Assembly: GCF_006716745.1 (NCBI RefSeq)
Contig: NZ_VFPP01000001.1
Coordinates: forward strand, 5,155,386 to 5,219,385
From: Saccharothrix saharensis
GTDB lineage: Bacteria; Actinomycetota; Actinomycetes; Mycobacteriales; Pseudonocardiaceae
Reading direction: 5' to 3'
DNA length: 64,000 bases
Each line of letters starts with the position of its first letter. Position 1 is the first letter of the stretch. Both the position numbers and the translations under genes were made by a program. This document shows, in pieces, positions 18,054 to 27,450 of the stretch. The notes under the pieces are model-generated. The model saw only the letters and a list, made by a program, of their open reading frames with translations. It had not been told where the DNA came from and searched no databases.

Positions 18054-20558
18054 GTGATGACATGTGTGCATCTGTGTGGCGATCTATCATTAAAGGTCAA
18101 TGAAAGCACAACCAGGGGAACGCCGTTGACCCAAGTATCAGAGCCCGGAAGTCCCGTAGCCTACGTACAGGTAGAGATTGATTATGCAATCTTGCAGCAC
18201 TTCTCGCAGCACCTGTACTCGTCGCCAAACAAGGCCGTCGAAGAGCTAGTCACTAATGGCTACGACGCATTGGCCATGAAGGTGAACGTCTTCCTTCCGG
18301 GATCCTCTGCTCGGGATTGCGTTCTTGTGTGGGATGACGGCGACTCCATGGATCTCGACGGAATACGTCAGTTGTGGTGGATTGCGCGCAGCCCAAAAAA
18401 CGATGGAACTGCGAGGGTCGCACGATCTGCTGCTCGGGGAATCGAAAGAGCAATGATCGGCAAGTTCGGCATCGGCAAGCTCGCAAGCTACGCTCTCGGG
18501 GACAGAATATCGCACCTTTGCCACCGAGAAGGCCGATACTACCTTATCGCAGTGTCGTATGGGCAGGCGCCGAAGACCGACCCTGGCGATGCGTCCCCCA
18601 GGAAGGGGTTCGAAGTCCCAGTCCTGGAGCTGTCCGAGGAAAGCGCTAAGACTTTCACCAAGAGTCTGTATAGGACGGTTCCTAGCAACTTTAATGAGCT
18701 GTGGTCTCAACCGTCATGGACGCTGGCTATTATCGACGAACTTAAGGAAGAAGTCAATCTTACTCCTGGCCGTTTGCGCTGGGTGCTGGGCAACGGCATG
18801 CCGAGCAGGCCAGATTTCAAGGCGTTTGTTAACCAGGTAGAGGTTACGCCCAAAATTGAGCAGGGAGCTCTAGCCACATGGGACGCCTCTGATAAAGGAA
18901 TCAAGGAGCGACTTAAAGCTGAGTGGGATGAGGCAAAGAAGGCAGGACGTGTCACGGGCGATATAGAATTTACCAAGAAGGGCGATCACCCTGTTGTGGT
19001 AATGCCACACCTTGGCGATGTCCGTTTGCGAGTTAAGCTATTCGATAGATCTCTGTTTCAGAAGGACCGATCCGAATCCGGAAGAAGTGAAGGCTTCTTC
19101 GTGATGGTTCGAGACCGTCTGCTGAACCCGGACGATCCGAAGCTTTTCTTGCACGACCCGTCGTACGGCGCGTTCAACCGGATGCAGATTTTCATTTGGG
19201 CTGATGGCCTAGATAGTGACCTTCTCGCCGACCGTGAACGTTTGCATCGTTTGGCACCAACTGGGGTAGAACTTGAAATATTACAAGTTGCCCTATATCG
19301 AGCCGGCCGCAATAAGCTAACTGCGACAGAATCTCACGCCAGGCTTGAGTCACGTGTAGCGGAACTCCCCATTATTGCTCGGGAGTACCTTAGGGATCCA
19401 CTTACAGCGCTGATTATGAACGAGCCGGGGGGTGATCTGACTGCCGTTAACCCTAGTGAAACTCGCATGACAATTGAAGCAAGAGGTTCGAAATCCCCTT
19501 TGTCTAGCCTAGACGTAGCGGAAAATCGCATCGTTACTAATATCGACCATCCGATGTACGTGACAATGCTGGAGACTTTTGGTCGCAGTAGAAGGAGTCA
19601 AGAGGCACAGAAGCTTGTAGAGATGTTCGCGGTGGCAGACCTTTTGCTCAAAGGCAGGCTCCTCGACCTCGGTGTCGACATCGACATCGTCGACAATGTA
19701 ATGAAATGGCGTGAAGCGCAATTGCGTTCGTTGCAAGCGGGCTTCAAGCAGAGCCCGGATGTAATTATTAAGGAAGTTATCGACACAAGCTACAAAGGTC
19801 ACAAGCCATTCGAACAGGCTTTGGCTAAGTTGTTCCAACTGATGGGTTTCTACGCTGAAATCGATGGCGCATCGGGCAAAAAAGATGTCTTGGTTATTGC
19901 ACCTGTCGGTGAAGAAGAGAAGCGATTCACCGTAGAAGCCAAAGGCTCGAAGAAGTCATTGGCGAACGACGACGCTGAAATCAGTGGCGCAGCCGCTCAT
20001 GCTATAGAGGTAGACGCTCTTTTTAGCGTCGTTGTTGCTCGTGAATTCGCGGGATTTGCGCGGCTACCCGAAGGCGAGGAGCCAGCCATCCTGAAGGAGT
20101 GCAGAGCGCAGAAAGTCGATGTATCAATCATCACGGTAGACGCGCTGGTTGATCTATATGAGGCGGTCAAGCGTCACCAATACCCTCTACCTATGATTTC
20201 TGATACGTTGGCCGAAATATGCTCCCCTGAAGAAAAAAGGCGTCGCATAGCGGAAATGCGTAACCCGCTTACAGCCAACTTTGATTGGCGTGACGTCTTC
20301 GATGAACTATGGAGCATGCAGCAGGGAACGGCTAGTAGAGAGCCGGTCTCTACCTTGGCACTTCGACAAGCACGGCCTGAGTGGAAAGCAATGTCCCGGG
20401 AGTCTTTTGACCAAGTGCTAGTTGGCCTTGACTCTCTGTCAGGTGGCCTACTGAAGGTTACAACGTCTCAGCACACGGTGAATCTGCTGCAAGCACCAGA
20501 TCTAGTCGCGGCAAGGATCGCTGCTTCTGTCGAAGGAAATCCGGATAAGAAGTCGTGA
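18054..20558 (+). CDS. GHKL-family ATPase (MORC/MutL-like Bergerat fold) fused to a C-terminal Mrr-like PD-(D/E)xK nuclease domain
   Basis: N-box ELVTNGYDA, G1 box DDGDSMDLDG, G2 box GKFGIGKLASYALG. C-terminal region FEQALAKLFQLMGFYAEIDGASGKKDVLVIAPVGEEEKRFTVEAKGSKK is arranged like the Mrr catalytic domain (D...ExK). Low-GC gene, 834 aa. Confidence 0.6.
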   Translation: MMTCVHLCGDLSLKVNESTTRGTPLTQVSEPGSPVAYVQVEIDYAILQHFSQHLYSSPNKAVEELVTNGYDALAMKVNVFLPGSSARDCVLVWDDGDSMDLDGIRQLWWIARSPKNDGTARVARSAARGIERAMIGKFGIGKLASYALGDRISHLCHREGRYYLIAVSYGQAPKTDPGDASPRKGFEVPVLELSEESAKTFTKSLYRTVPSNFNELWSQPSWTLAIIDELKEEVNLTPGRLRWVLGNGMPSRPDFKAFVNQVEVTPKIEQGALATWDASDKGIKERLKAEWDEAKKAGRVTGDIEFTKKGDHPVVVMPHLGDVRLRVKLFDRSLFQKDRSESGRSEGFFVMVRDRLLNPDDPKLFLHDPSYGAFNRMQIFIWADGLDSDLLADRERLHRLAPTGVELEILQVALYRAGRNKLTATESHARLESRVAELPIIAREYLRDPLTALIMNEPGGDLTAVNPSETRMTIEARGSKSPLSSLDVAENRIVTNIDHPMYVTMLETFGRSRRSQEAQKLVEMFAVADLLLKGRLLDLGVDIDIVDNVMKWREAQLRSLQAGFKQSPDVIIKEVIDTSYKGHKPFEQALAKLFQLMGFYAEIDGASGKKDVLVIAPVGEEEKRFTVEAKGSKKSLANDDAEISGAAAHAIEVDALFSVVVAREFAGFARLPEGEEPAILKECRAQKVDVSIITVDALVDLYEAVKRHQYPLPMISDTLAEICSPEEKRRRIAEMRNPLTANFDWRDVFDELWSMQQGTASREPVSTLALRQARPEWKAMSRESFDQVLVGLDSLSGGLLKVTTSQHTVNLLQAPDLVAARIAASVEGNPDKKS

Positions 20559-20614
20559 TACATCTGTTGCCACCTATGTGGTGGACTGCGTGACGATGAC
20601 GATAAGATCACGTA

Positions 20615-21673
20615 GTGACCGCTACAGCGCCTACCGCAGTTGACTTGTTCGCCGGAGCCGGAGGGGCAACTCAAGGACTCCGAGATGCTGGCTTCAACGT
20701 AGTAGGAGCTGTGGAGTTCGATCCAGAAGCGTCTCGGTCTTACCGTCTGAATCACCCAAGAACTCGGCTTTGGCAATCTGATATACGATCGTTGCCAGCA
20801 GAACGGATGCGCATTGAACTAGGCTTGCGCATTCGTGAACTGACTCTCTTGAAGGCATGCCCGCCGTGTCAGGGATTTTCATCCCTTGCGGGTGGGCGAA
20901 GCATGGATGAAACGCGTAATGATCTAGTTCACCAAGTGGTGCGGTTCACTAGGGCTTTCATGCCTAAGGCTATTCTGCTAGAAAATGTTCCAGGTTTGGC
21001 GCGTGATAGACGGTTTACTGAATTGACCGAGAAGCTGAGCAAGCTTGGATACTCGTTCGGTAGTTACAAATTGAATGCCACAGTCTTCGGTGTTCCTCAG
21101 CGCCGAAACCGATTGGTTGTTCTCGGCATTAGAAGCCGGAAGGCGGTTATCTCTTCCGATATTTGGGAGATTCTGGGTCAGGGTTATGCGCCTGTCGCTC
21201 TTACTGCAGGCGAGGCTTTGCAAAATTTGTACAGCTTGGCTCGCAAGAATGACCCGCTCAATCGTCATCGTTCACTGTCGAAATCTACTGCCGAACGAGT
21301 GAAGGCGATTCCAGTCGGTGGTACGCGATTTGACCTGCCTCCGGAGCATCGTCTCCGCTGCCATAACGAAGTGGACAGTAAGGGGGGGCATCGAGCAACA
21401 GCCTCATACGGTCGAGTAAAGCTCGACCTACCAGCACCTACTATGACGACGCGCTGTACGACGCCTGCATGTGGTTCTTTCATTCACCCTATTGAAAATC
21501 GCGGCCTGACCTTGCGCGAAGCGGCATACTTCCAAACTTTTCCCGTAACGTATGACTTTCTGGGCTCTTACGAGTCGATCGAGCGCCAGATAGGAAATGC
21601 TGTCCCAGTTGAAATGGCTAAATATCTCGGGATTGCTGTGCTTAAGTCAGTACGTAGGGCTCGGTTGCTCTAA
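20615..21673 (+). CDS. dcm: DNA (cytosine-5)-methyltransferase
   Basis: Motif I DLFAGAGG, motif IV PCQGFS, motif VI ENVPGL, C-terminal QIGNAVPV. 352 aa. Low GC. Confidence 0.85.
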   Translation: MTATAPTAVDLFAGAGGATQGLRDAGFNVVGAVEFDPEASRSYRLNHPRTRLWQSDIRSLPAERMRIELGLRIRELTLLKACPPCQGFSSLAGGRSMDETRNDLVHQVVRFTRAFMPKAILLENVPGLARDRRFTELTEKLSKLGYSFGSYKLNATVFGVPQRRNRLVVLGIRSRKAVISSDIWEILGQGYAPVALTAGEALQNLYSLARKNDPLNRHRSLSKSTAERVKAIPVGGTRFDLPPEHRLRCHNEVDSKGGHRATASYGRVKLDLPAPTMTTRCTTPACGSFIHPIENRGLTLREAAYFQTFPVTYDFLGSYESIERQIGNAVPVEMAKYLGIAVLKSVRRARLL

Positions 21674-22120
21674 TTGCACGTTGGCAAGGCTGTGGGCTGG
21701 TCGATGCCGTCAGGCGTCGAGCTGTCCACAGGCGCGGCAGCCGAGCGCCATAACCACGCGGCCGAGTCGACCACCGCGCGCTCGTCTCAAGCCCTGAGGC
21801 CGGAAGTATCGTCGTCGAGCAGATGGGTAGATCTGTTCAAGCGGTTCTCTGGGGGCACTGGCCGTGGCCTCCGGCTGTTGTGGGCAGGTTTCGGTGCCTC
21901 GCGTGTCGCGCCCGTGGGCCGCCAGGCCCACTTGGCGCGACCGAAGACATCGCCGGAGCCTGCCCACAACAGCCCGCAAGGGCACGAACGGCCAGCGGCC
22001 CCGGAGGGGGCCGCCTTGATGAAGAAAAGAAACTCTGAACACCGTGGTCAGGCTGCCTCGGTGTCCGCTGGAGTTGATGCCACTGTCGCGTGGTGGGCGG
22101 TGATGGCGTAGGAGTAGGGC

Positions 22121-22768
22121 ATGGTCGCTGCCGTGGTGTTTGACGTGGGTGAGACGTTGCTGGATGACTCGCGGGAGTGGGGGGCATGGGCGGATTGGAT
22201 CGGGGTGTCTCGGCACACGTTCTCGACGGTGCTCGGGGCGGTGACAGCGGCAGGGCGGGATAACGCGGAGACGTTCCAGTACTTCCGGCCTGGGTTCGAT
22301 GTGGCTCAAGAGCGGCAGCTTCGGGAGCGGGCTGGGGTGGGTGAGCGCATCGAGGATCGGGACTTGTACCCGGATGTGCGGATCGGGCTGGCTCGGCTGC
22401 GGGAGGTCGGGCTATGGGTTGGGGTGGCGGGGAACCAGACTGCTCGGGCGGCGGAGTTGCTGCGGGGGTTGAGGTTGCCGGTGGATGGGTTGGCGACGTC
22501 TGGTGAGTGGGGTGTGGCCAAGCCTGCGGCGGAGTTCTTCGAGCGGGTGGTGGGGATGACGCCTGCGGTGGTGGCTGGTGATGTGCTCTACGTCGGTGAT
22601 CACCGGGACAACGATGTTGTGGCGGCGAAGGCGGCTGGGTTGCGTACGGCGCTGATCCGGCGTGGACCTTGGGGATACCTGTGGGCGGATGACCCGTTGG
22701 TGCGTCGGGACGCCGACTGGGTCATCGACTCACTGCACGACCTGCCGGAGCTGCTGGCGAACGGCTGA
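22121..22768 (+). CDS. HAD-superfamily hydrolase
   Basis: Motif I VVFDVGETLLD, Lys motif VAKP, motif IV GDHRDND. Confidence 0.6.
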   Translation: MVAAVVFDVGETLLDDSREWGAWADWIGVSRHTFSTVLGAVTAAGRDNAETFQYFRPGFDVAQERQLRERAGVGERIEDRDLYPDVRIGLARLREVGLWVGVAGNQTARAAELLRGLRLPVDGLATSGEWGVAKPAAEFFERVVGMTPAVVAGDVLYVGDHRDNDVVAAKAAGLRTALIRRGPWGYLWADDPLVRRDADWVIDSLHDLPELLANG

Positions 22769-22779
22769 GGCGTAGCCGC

Positions 22780-24240
22780 TCAGCGAGCGCCTGCCCAGGC
22801 GGCCAGGTCGAGTAGGCCGGAACTGAGTGACGGGTGGGTGCGTAGCAGCACGGACAGGGCTTGGCGGACCTGTGGATGGGCGCGCACGTGTTCAGGTGCG
22901 GCTTGGCGGGCGGCCTGCAAGCACATGTAGGCGTCTTCGTGGCGGCCGAGGTCGAGTTGGGCGCGGGCCAAGTCGATGTAGTAGTGCGAGCGGCGTTCGG
23001 CGGGTAGTTCGGCGGGCGGGTGCCAGGTGGAGGCTCGTTGGATGCCTGCGGCGTCTCGTAGCTCGGCGGCAACGGCCAGCTCGTGGATGCGCAGAGACGC
23101 GGGGCCGAAGGCGGTGCCGTGGTAGATGCCTTCGGGTGCGGCGTGGGCGGCGTAGCGGGCGGTGAGCAGGTGGTCGGCGGCGATGTCGGCTTTGCCTGCT
23201 CGGGCGGCGACGACCGCGGCTCGCATGTGGAGTGCGCCGAAGGCGGCTGCGGTGGGTGCCTGTTTCAGGTCGCGGGTCGGGAGTTGGTCGGCGGCGTGGT
23301 CCAGGGCGCGGGCGGCGGTGTGGAGGTCGCCGCTGGCGAAGAACGTTTCGGTGCGCACGTAGGCGACTGCGGCGAACAGTAGTGGGTTGTCGGCCTCGGT
23401 TGCTGTTGTGCGCATGAGGTCGATGAGGCGGGCCGACAGGTCGAAGTAGCGGTACTTGTAGGCCACGCCATCGGCGGCGCGTAGGGCCAGGGTCAGCAGG
23501 GATGCGACGTGGCGGCGGTCGGCTGGGTCGAGGAGTTGGCGGGCTCGGGCAAGTTCGCCGATTAGGGCGGGTAGGTGGCGGACGAGTTCGCCTTAGCGGG
23601 CTTCGAGCCGGTGGTTGTTCATGCGGGCGACGTCGGCGGCCAGCTCGGGAAGGCTTCGCGTCGGGCCGTCGTCGGGTAGGTCGAGGATGTCGAGCGCGCG
23701 GCGTAGGCGTGGGATGCCGACCTGCACGATGTCCAGCTCTTGAGCTGGTTGGGGTGGTGGCTGATCGGCCGGTGCCCACGACTGGTGGGGCGAGTAGGCC
23801 GGGCTCGGGTCGACGGTGCGGCCGGCGTAGAGGTTGCGGACGTCGTGGACTTCGCGCGCGGTGCCGTCGAACCATCGGAGGTGGCGCGGGACGTGGAGGG
23901 CGTCGCACCAGCGTTCGAGGCGTTCGAGGTCGGTGACCGGGCGGCGGGAGCGTTCGACTTCGCTGACGCGGCCTTGGGTGAGGTCGAGCCAGACGGCGAG
24001 GGTGGCTTGGGGGACGGTCGGGTTCTGGGCCTGGCGGTAGGCGCGGAAGACCTGGCCGATGTTGCGGGACTCGAACGCCTCGCGGATGGTGGGCTTGGCC
24101 CAGAACTCCGGCGGCAGCGTCGGGGCGTGGAGCGTAGAAGCCGCGGTGCAGCGGCCACAAAGTTCGCCCCGGTTGTCCTTGGCCAGCAAGGTGTCACACG
24201 TGCGGCAGCGTCGCTTGGACGTGGTCACGTGGTCGTTCAC
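22780..24240 (-). pseudogene. XRE-family HTH regulator (actinomycete ~450-aa type) interrupted by an in-frame TAA
   Basis: N-terminal part 24240-23596 carries the HTH (TLAVWLDLTQGRVSEVER). TAA at 23593-23595. The same frame continues through 23466-22780 with the C-terminal helical domain. Confidence 0.55.
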
Positions 24241-24383
24241 CCCTTGGTCGAGCTGTGCCTACTTCGGAGTGTAACTCGCCGATTACGGTGCTGAGCTGCG
24301 GTTAGTGGTGACGGCGATCTTCGATCAGTCATTGGTATGGGATCGGCGTTGCGTCCGAGTGAATCTGGTCGAGCAAGTCCCAG

Positions 24384-24734
24384 GTGTACACGGAGGTCGA
24401 ACCCATGGGGATGTACTTGCTCTTCCAGCCGGAGGAGGACGCCGAGTCGGCGTTGGTGGAACGGGCACAGGGGCATCCGTCCCTGGTGATCGCGTCCGGT
24501 GACGCGCGGCTGACGGTGCAGATCGCTGGTCGTGAAGGTGGGGCGCAGCTCGCGATCAGGTTCGCGCGTGAGCTGGCCGAGTCGGCTGCGCAGTTCGCCG
24601 ACCGGTGCGAAGCCCTCACCAAGCTCGCACCGCTCGACTTCGAGCACTTGAGCGCTCTGGTGGGCGCGACGCCGGACGAGGTGAACGCGCTGACGGTCCC
24701 TGCCGGTGATGACGTGAAGGAAGTCGAGCGGTGA
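24384..24734 (+). CDS. hypothetical protein
   Basis: 116-aa ORF divergent from the XRE gene and overlapping the next ORF (ATGA). No recognisable domain. Confidence 0.3.
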   Translation: MYTEVEPMGMYLLFQPEEDAESALVERAQGHPSLVIASGDARLTVQIAGREGGAQLAIRFARELAESAAQFADRCEALTKLAPLDFEHLSALVGATPDEVNALTVPAGDDVKEVER

Positions 24735-25066
24735 GTGAGGTCGACGGCTTGAAGCCGTTGTGCGACGAGACGGAGTTCGCGGCCCTGTTGGAGACGATGG
24801 TGGTGACCTCTGCGCCGCGGGTGTTTGCGGTGGTGCAGGAGTTCGGTGAACGCCTCGACGGCTGGGTCGCTGGGTGGGGCTTCGCCTTCGAGGACCGCGC
24901 GGAGGTCTTCTCGGTCCATGACCACTCCCGCATGAGTCTGGGCAAGCCGGAGAACGCGTTGCACCTGTTCAGCAGCGCGCGCAATCAGTTGACGGCGCGG
25001 CTGGTGTGGCTGCCCGACGTCGGCGAACGACCGGACGTCTCGGAGGTGGCTACCTGCTCGGTGTAG
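24731..25066 (+). CDS. hypothetical protein
   Basis: 111-aa ORF translationally coupled to the previous one. Confidence 0.3.
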   Translation: MSEVDGLKPLCDETEFAALLETMVVTSAPRVFAVVQEFGERLDGWVAGWGFAFEDRAEVFSVHDHSRMSLGKPENALHLFSSARNQLTARLVWLPDVGERPDVSEVATCSV

Positions 25067-25186
25067 CGGTCGAGGTCCGGGGTTCGGCGCCGGCAAGGGG
25101 GCGTGATGTCTGAAGAGGACGAGTGGACGGCGGAGCACTGGCGGGATCTCCCCAGGCCTCCGAACTCCTGGTGCGCCTGGAGGAAC

Positions 25187-25585
25187 TCAGTGATCGGCTG
25201 AGTCGGGTTGAGGCTCGGCTGGCGTGGTCCCGAGAATCTCAGCCTCGACAGCGGCGACGCGCCGGCTGAGGTCGTCCAGGACCGTGTTGATGCGGTCGAA
25301 CATCTGCCGAAGCTCATGCGGTGAGGGCACGTCGTCCCCCGCATGGGCTTCGGGCTTCTTCACCACGATCGTGCCTTCGCCCTGGCGGGAGATGACCAGT
25401 CCTTCGTTGCGGAGCTGGTCCAGTGCCTTCTGCAACGTCATCACGGCGCGGCCGTACTTGGTCTGAAGCTCGGTCAGGGACGGGAGCTTGTCGCCGACCT
25501 CGACCTCGTCGGACGCGATGTAGTGGCGCAGGTCGTCTGCGATCTGCTGGTACGCAGGTCGGCGATCGGTTGCGTCTGGGCGCAT
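25187..25585 (-). CDS. GntR-family winged-helix transcriptional regulator (KorSA-like position in an integrative element)
   Basis: HTH region LPSLTELQTKYGRAVMTLQKALDQLRNEGLV. 132 aa. Confidence 0.6.
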   Translation of the reverse strand: MRPDATDRRPAYQQIADDLRHYIASDEVEVGDKLPSLTELQTKYGRAVMTLQKALDQLRNEGLVISRQGEGTIVVKKPEAHAGDDVPSPHELRQMFDRINTVLDDLSRRVAAVEAEILGTTPAEPQPDSADH

Positions 25586-25660
25586 GCACAGGCTGCAGCG
25601 ATGGAGCTAGCACCGCTGGAAGTCACTCGATCGGCCTAGTGTCTCTAATGCCTTTACTAG

Positions 25661-26275
25661 CTATGTGCTTCGACCGCGGTTGAGGTTGTCGACCTGCTCA
25701 AGAAGCGGGACCAGGACGAGCAGGCCGTCAAGGACGACCTGCCGGACCTCGTCCGGTTCTTCCTGGGCACCGGAGAACGGACCGAGGAGGCACTGGGCGC
25801 GTACTGGCCTGACTTCAACGAAGAGGCGCGGGAACTGGCCATGTCTGGCAACGTCATCCGCGCACGCGGTCGAGGCCGGGTCGTGAATCGGGGCAAGACG
25901 GAGAATGCTGAACGACCGATCCCGCTGCCGGACTGGTGCGTCGTCATGCTGGTGGGGAGGCGCTCGAAGGCTTCGGACCTCGACGGCCCGATCTTCCCCA
26001 GCTCGACCGGCACGATTCGTGAGGCTACGAACGTCCGCAATCGCGCGTGGAAGCCGTTCATCACCCGGGCCGGGTACGAATGGGTGACTTTCCGAACCTT
26101 TCGGAGGACCGTCGCCACGCTGCTGGACGAGGCGGGTCTGACGGCCCGGCAGATCGCCGACCTGCTCGGTCACTCGCGGCCGTCGATGACGCAGGACGTG
26201 TACATGGGCCGCAGGTCACCCGGTCGGGCGGCGGCGGACGCGCTGGGAGCAGTCATCACCGTAAGTGAGGGGTAA
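25661..26275 (+). pseudogene. int: tyrosine recombinase/integrase, 5'-truncated (C-terminal catalytic domain only)
   Basis: In-frame stretch after the TAG at 25658-25660 contains box I (FLGTGERTEEAL) and box II (HSRPSMTQDVYMGRR). Only ~205 codons remain; the N-terminal arm-binding and core-binding domains are absent. Confidence 0.65.
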
Positions 26276-26330
26276 ACGGGGGATCCGACTCCGCTGAACC
26301 CTGGTCCAACCGCTGGACCAGCGAGTTTGG

Positions 26331-26373
26331 TGGGCCGCCAGGGACTCGAACCCTGAACCCGAAGATTAAAAGT
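26331..26373. repeat. att-like direct repeat overlapping the 3' end of intact tRNA-Lys
   Basis: Identical to 17547-17589. Confidence 0.7.
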
Positions 26374-26412
26374 CTCCTGCTCTGCCAATTGAGCTAGCAG
26401 CCCGTGCTCGAC
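26337..26412 (-). tRNA. tRNA-Lys (anticodon UUU), CCA encoded
   Basis: Cloverleaf derived by hand: acceptor GGGCTGC/GCGGCCC, D-arm GCTCAATTGGCAGAGC, anticodon stem GGAGA/TCTTC with loop CTTTTAA, T-arm CAGGGTTCGAGTCCCTG. Confidence 0.85.
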
Positions 26413-26555
26413 AGCTTACCGAGGTCGGCGTGCCCGACGAGCCGGGTGGTCGACGGCGTGGTGTGGGTGCGGTCACGTTCTGGGTGGCGCGGAGCGGTGC
26501 GGGGCAGGTCAGGGGTTGGTGACGAGTCGACGGCGGGCGTTCGGACTACCGTGGC

Positions 26556-27416
26556 GTGGTGCGGGTGGCGACGTGGAACGTGAACTCGGTGAAGCAGCGG
26601 GTGCCGCGGTTGTTGCCGTGGCTCGAGCAGCGGCGGCCCGACGTGGTCTGCCTGCAGGAGACGAAGCTCGCCGACGACGCCTTCGCGGCGTTGCTCGGTG
26701 ACGAGTTGGCCGCTCGCGGGTACGAGGTGGCGGCGCACGGGGAGGGGCGCTGGAACGGGGTGGCGATCCTGTCCCGGGTCGGGTTGGACGACGTGGTGAA
26801 CGGGCTCGCGGACGGGCCGGGGTTCCCGCACCCCGAGGCGCGGGCGGTGGCGGCGACGTGCGGTGGGGTGCGGGTGCACTCCGTGTACGTGCCGAACGGG
26901 CGCGCGCCGGACTCCGACCACTACCGCTACAAGCTGGCGTGGTTGGCGGCGTTGCGCGACGTGGTGGCGGCCGGGCCGGAGGACGCGGTGGTGTGCGGTG
27001 ACGTCAACATCGCGCCCGCCGACGCGGACGTGTTCGACCCGGCGGCCTACGTCGGTCACACGCACGTGACCGCGCCCGAACGGGAGGCGCTGGCGGCGCT
27101 CCAGGCGGTCGGGCTGCACGACGTGGTCCGCGACCGGTGGCCGGACGAGCGGGTCTTCACCTACTGGGACTACCGCGCCGGCATGTTCCACCAGGACCTC
27201 GGCATGCGCATCGACCTGGTGCTGGCGTCGACCCCGGTGGCGGCGCGCGTGAGGGCCGCGTGGGTCGACCGGCAGGCGCGCAAGGGCACCGGGCCCAGCG
27301 ACCACGCGCCGGTGATCGTCGACCTGGACGTGGCGCCGGACGGCGACATCGGGCCGGTCGTGCCGCCGCCGTCGGCACCGCGCGCCCGCAAGTCCGTGAA
27401 GCTGCCCCAGTCCTGA
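26556..27416 (+). CDS. xthA: exodeoxyribonuclease III (Xth/APE1 family)
   Basis: VATWNVNS..CLQETK..; EEP-family motifs. 286 aa. Confidence 0.8.
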   Translation: MVRVATWNVNSVKQRVPRLLPWLEQRRPDVVCLQETKLADDAFAALLGDELAARGYEVAAHGEGRWNGVAILSRVGLDDVVNGLADGPGFPHPEARAVAATCGGVRVHSVYVPNGRAPDSDHYRYKLAWLAALRDVVAAGPEDAVVCGDVNIAPADADVFDPAAYVGHTHVTAPEREALAALQAVGLHDVVRDRWPDERVFTYWDYRAGMFHQDLGMRIDLVLASTPVAARVRAAWVDRQARKGTGPSDHAPVIVDLDVAPDGDIGPVVPPPSAPRARKSVKLPQS

Positions 27417-27450
27417 GCGCCCGGTCCTGAGCGCCCGGTCCTGACGTCCC

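Larger units (their letters stand above)
17547..26412. mobile_element. decayed tRNA-Lys-integrated genomic island (~8.8 kb) bounded by a 43-bp direct repeat
   Basis: A 43-bp perfect repeat (17547-17589 = 26331-26373) covers the 3' 37 nt of tRNA-Lys. A truncated tyrosine integrase sits next to the intact tRNA. GntR and XRE regulators are present and an internal ~4 kb segment is ~50% GC. Confidence 0.6.

Noticed and set aside
18054-21673. DISARM, BREX or Dnd system assignment for the methyltransferase-containing module
   Set aside because: No helicase (DrmA), DUF1998, PLD nuclease, PglZ/BrxC or DndA-E genes are present. Only the GHKL-nuclease fusion and Dcm are there.
21674-22111. 145-aa ORF after dcm as a possible Vsr very-short-patch repair endonuclease
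   Set aside because: The sequence has no Vsr motifs and is high-GC low-complexity. It is likely non-coding junction DNA of the island.
26394-27305. 303-aa ORF antisense to xthA
   Set aside because: It is fully contained opposite a well-supported exonuclease III gene and its translation is low-complexity.
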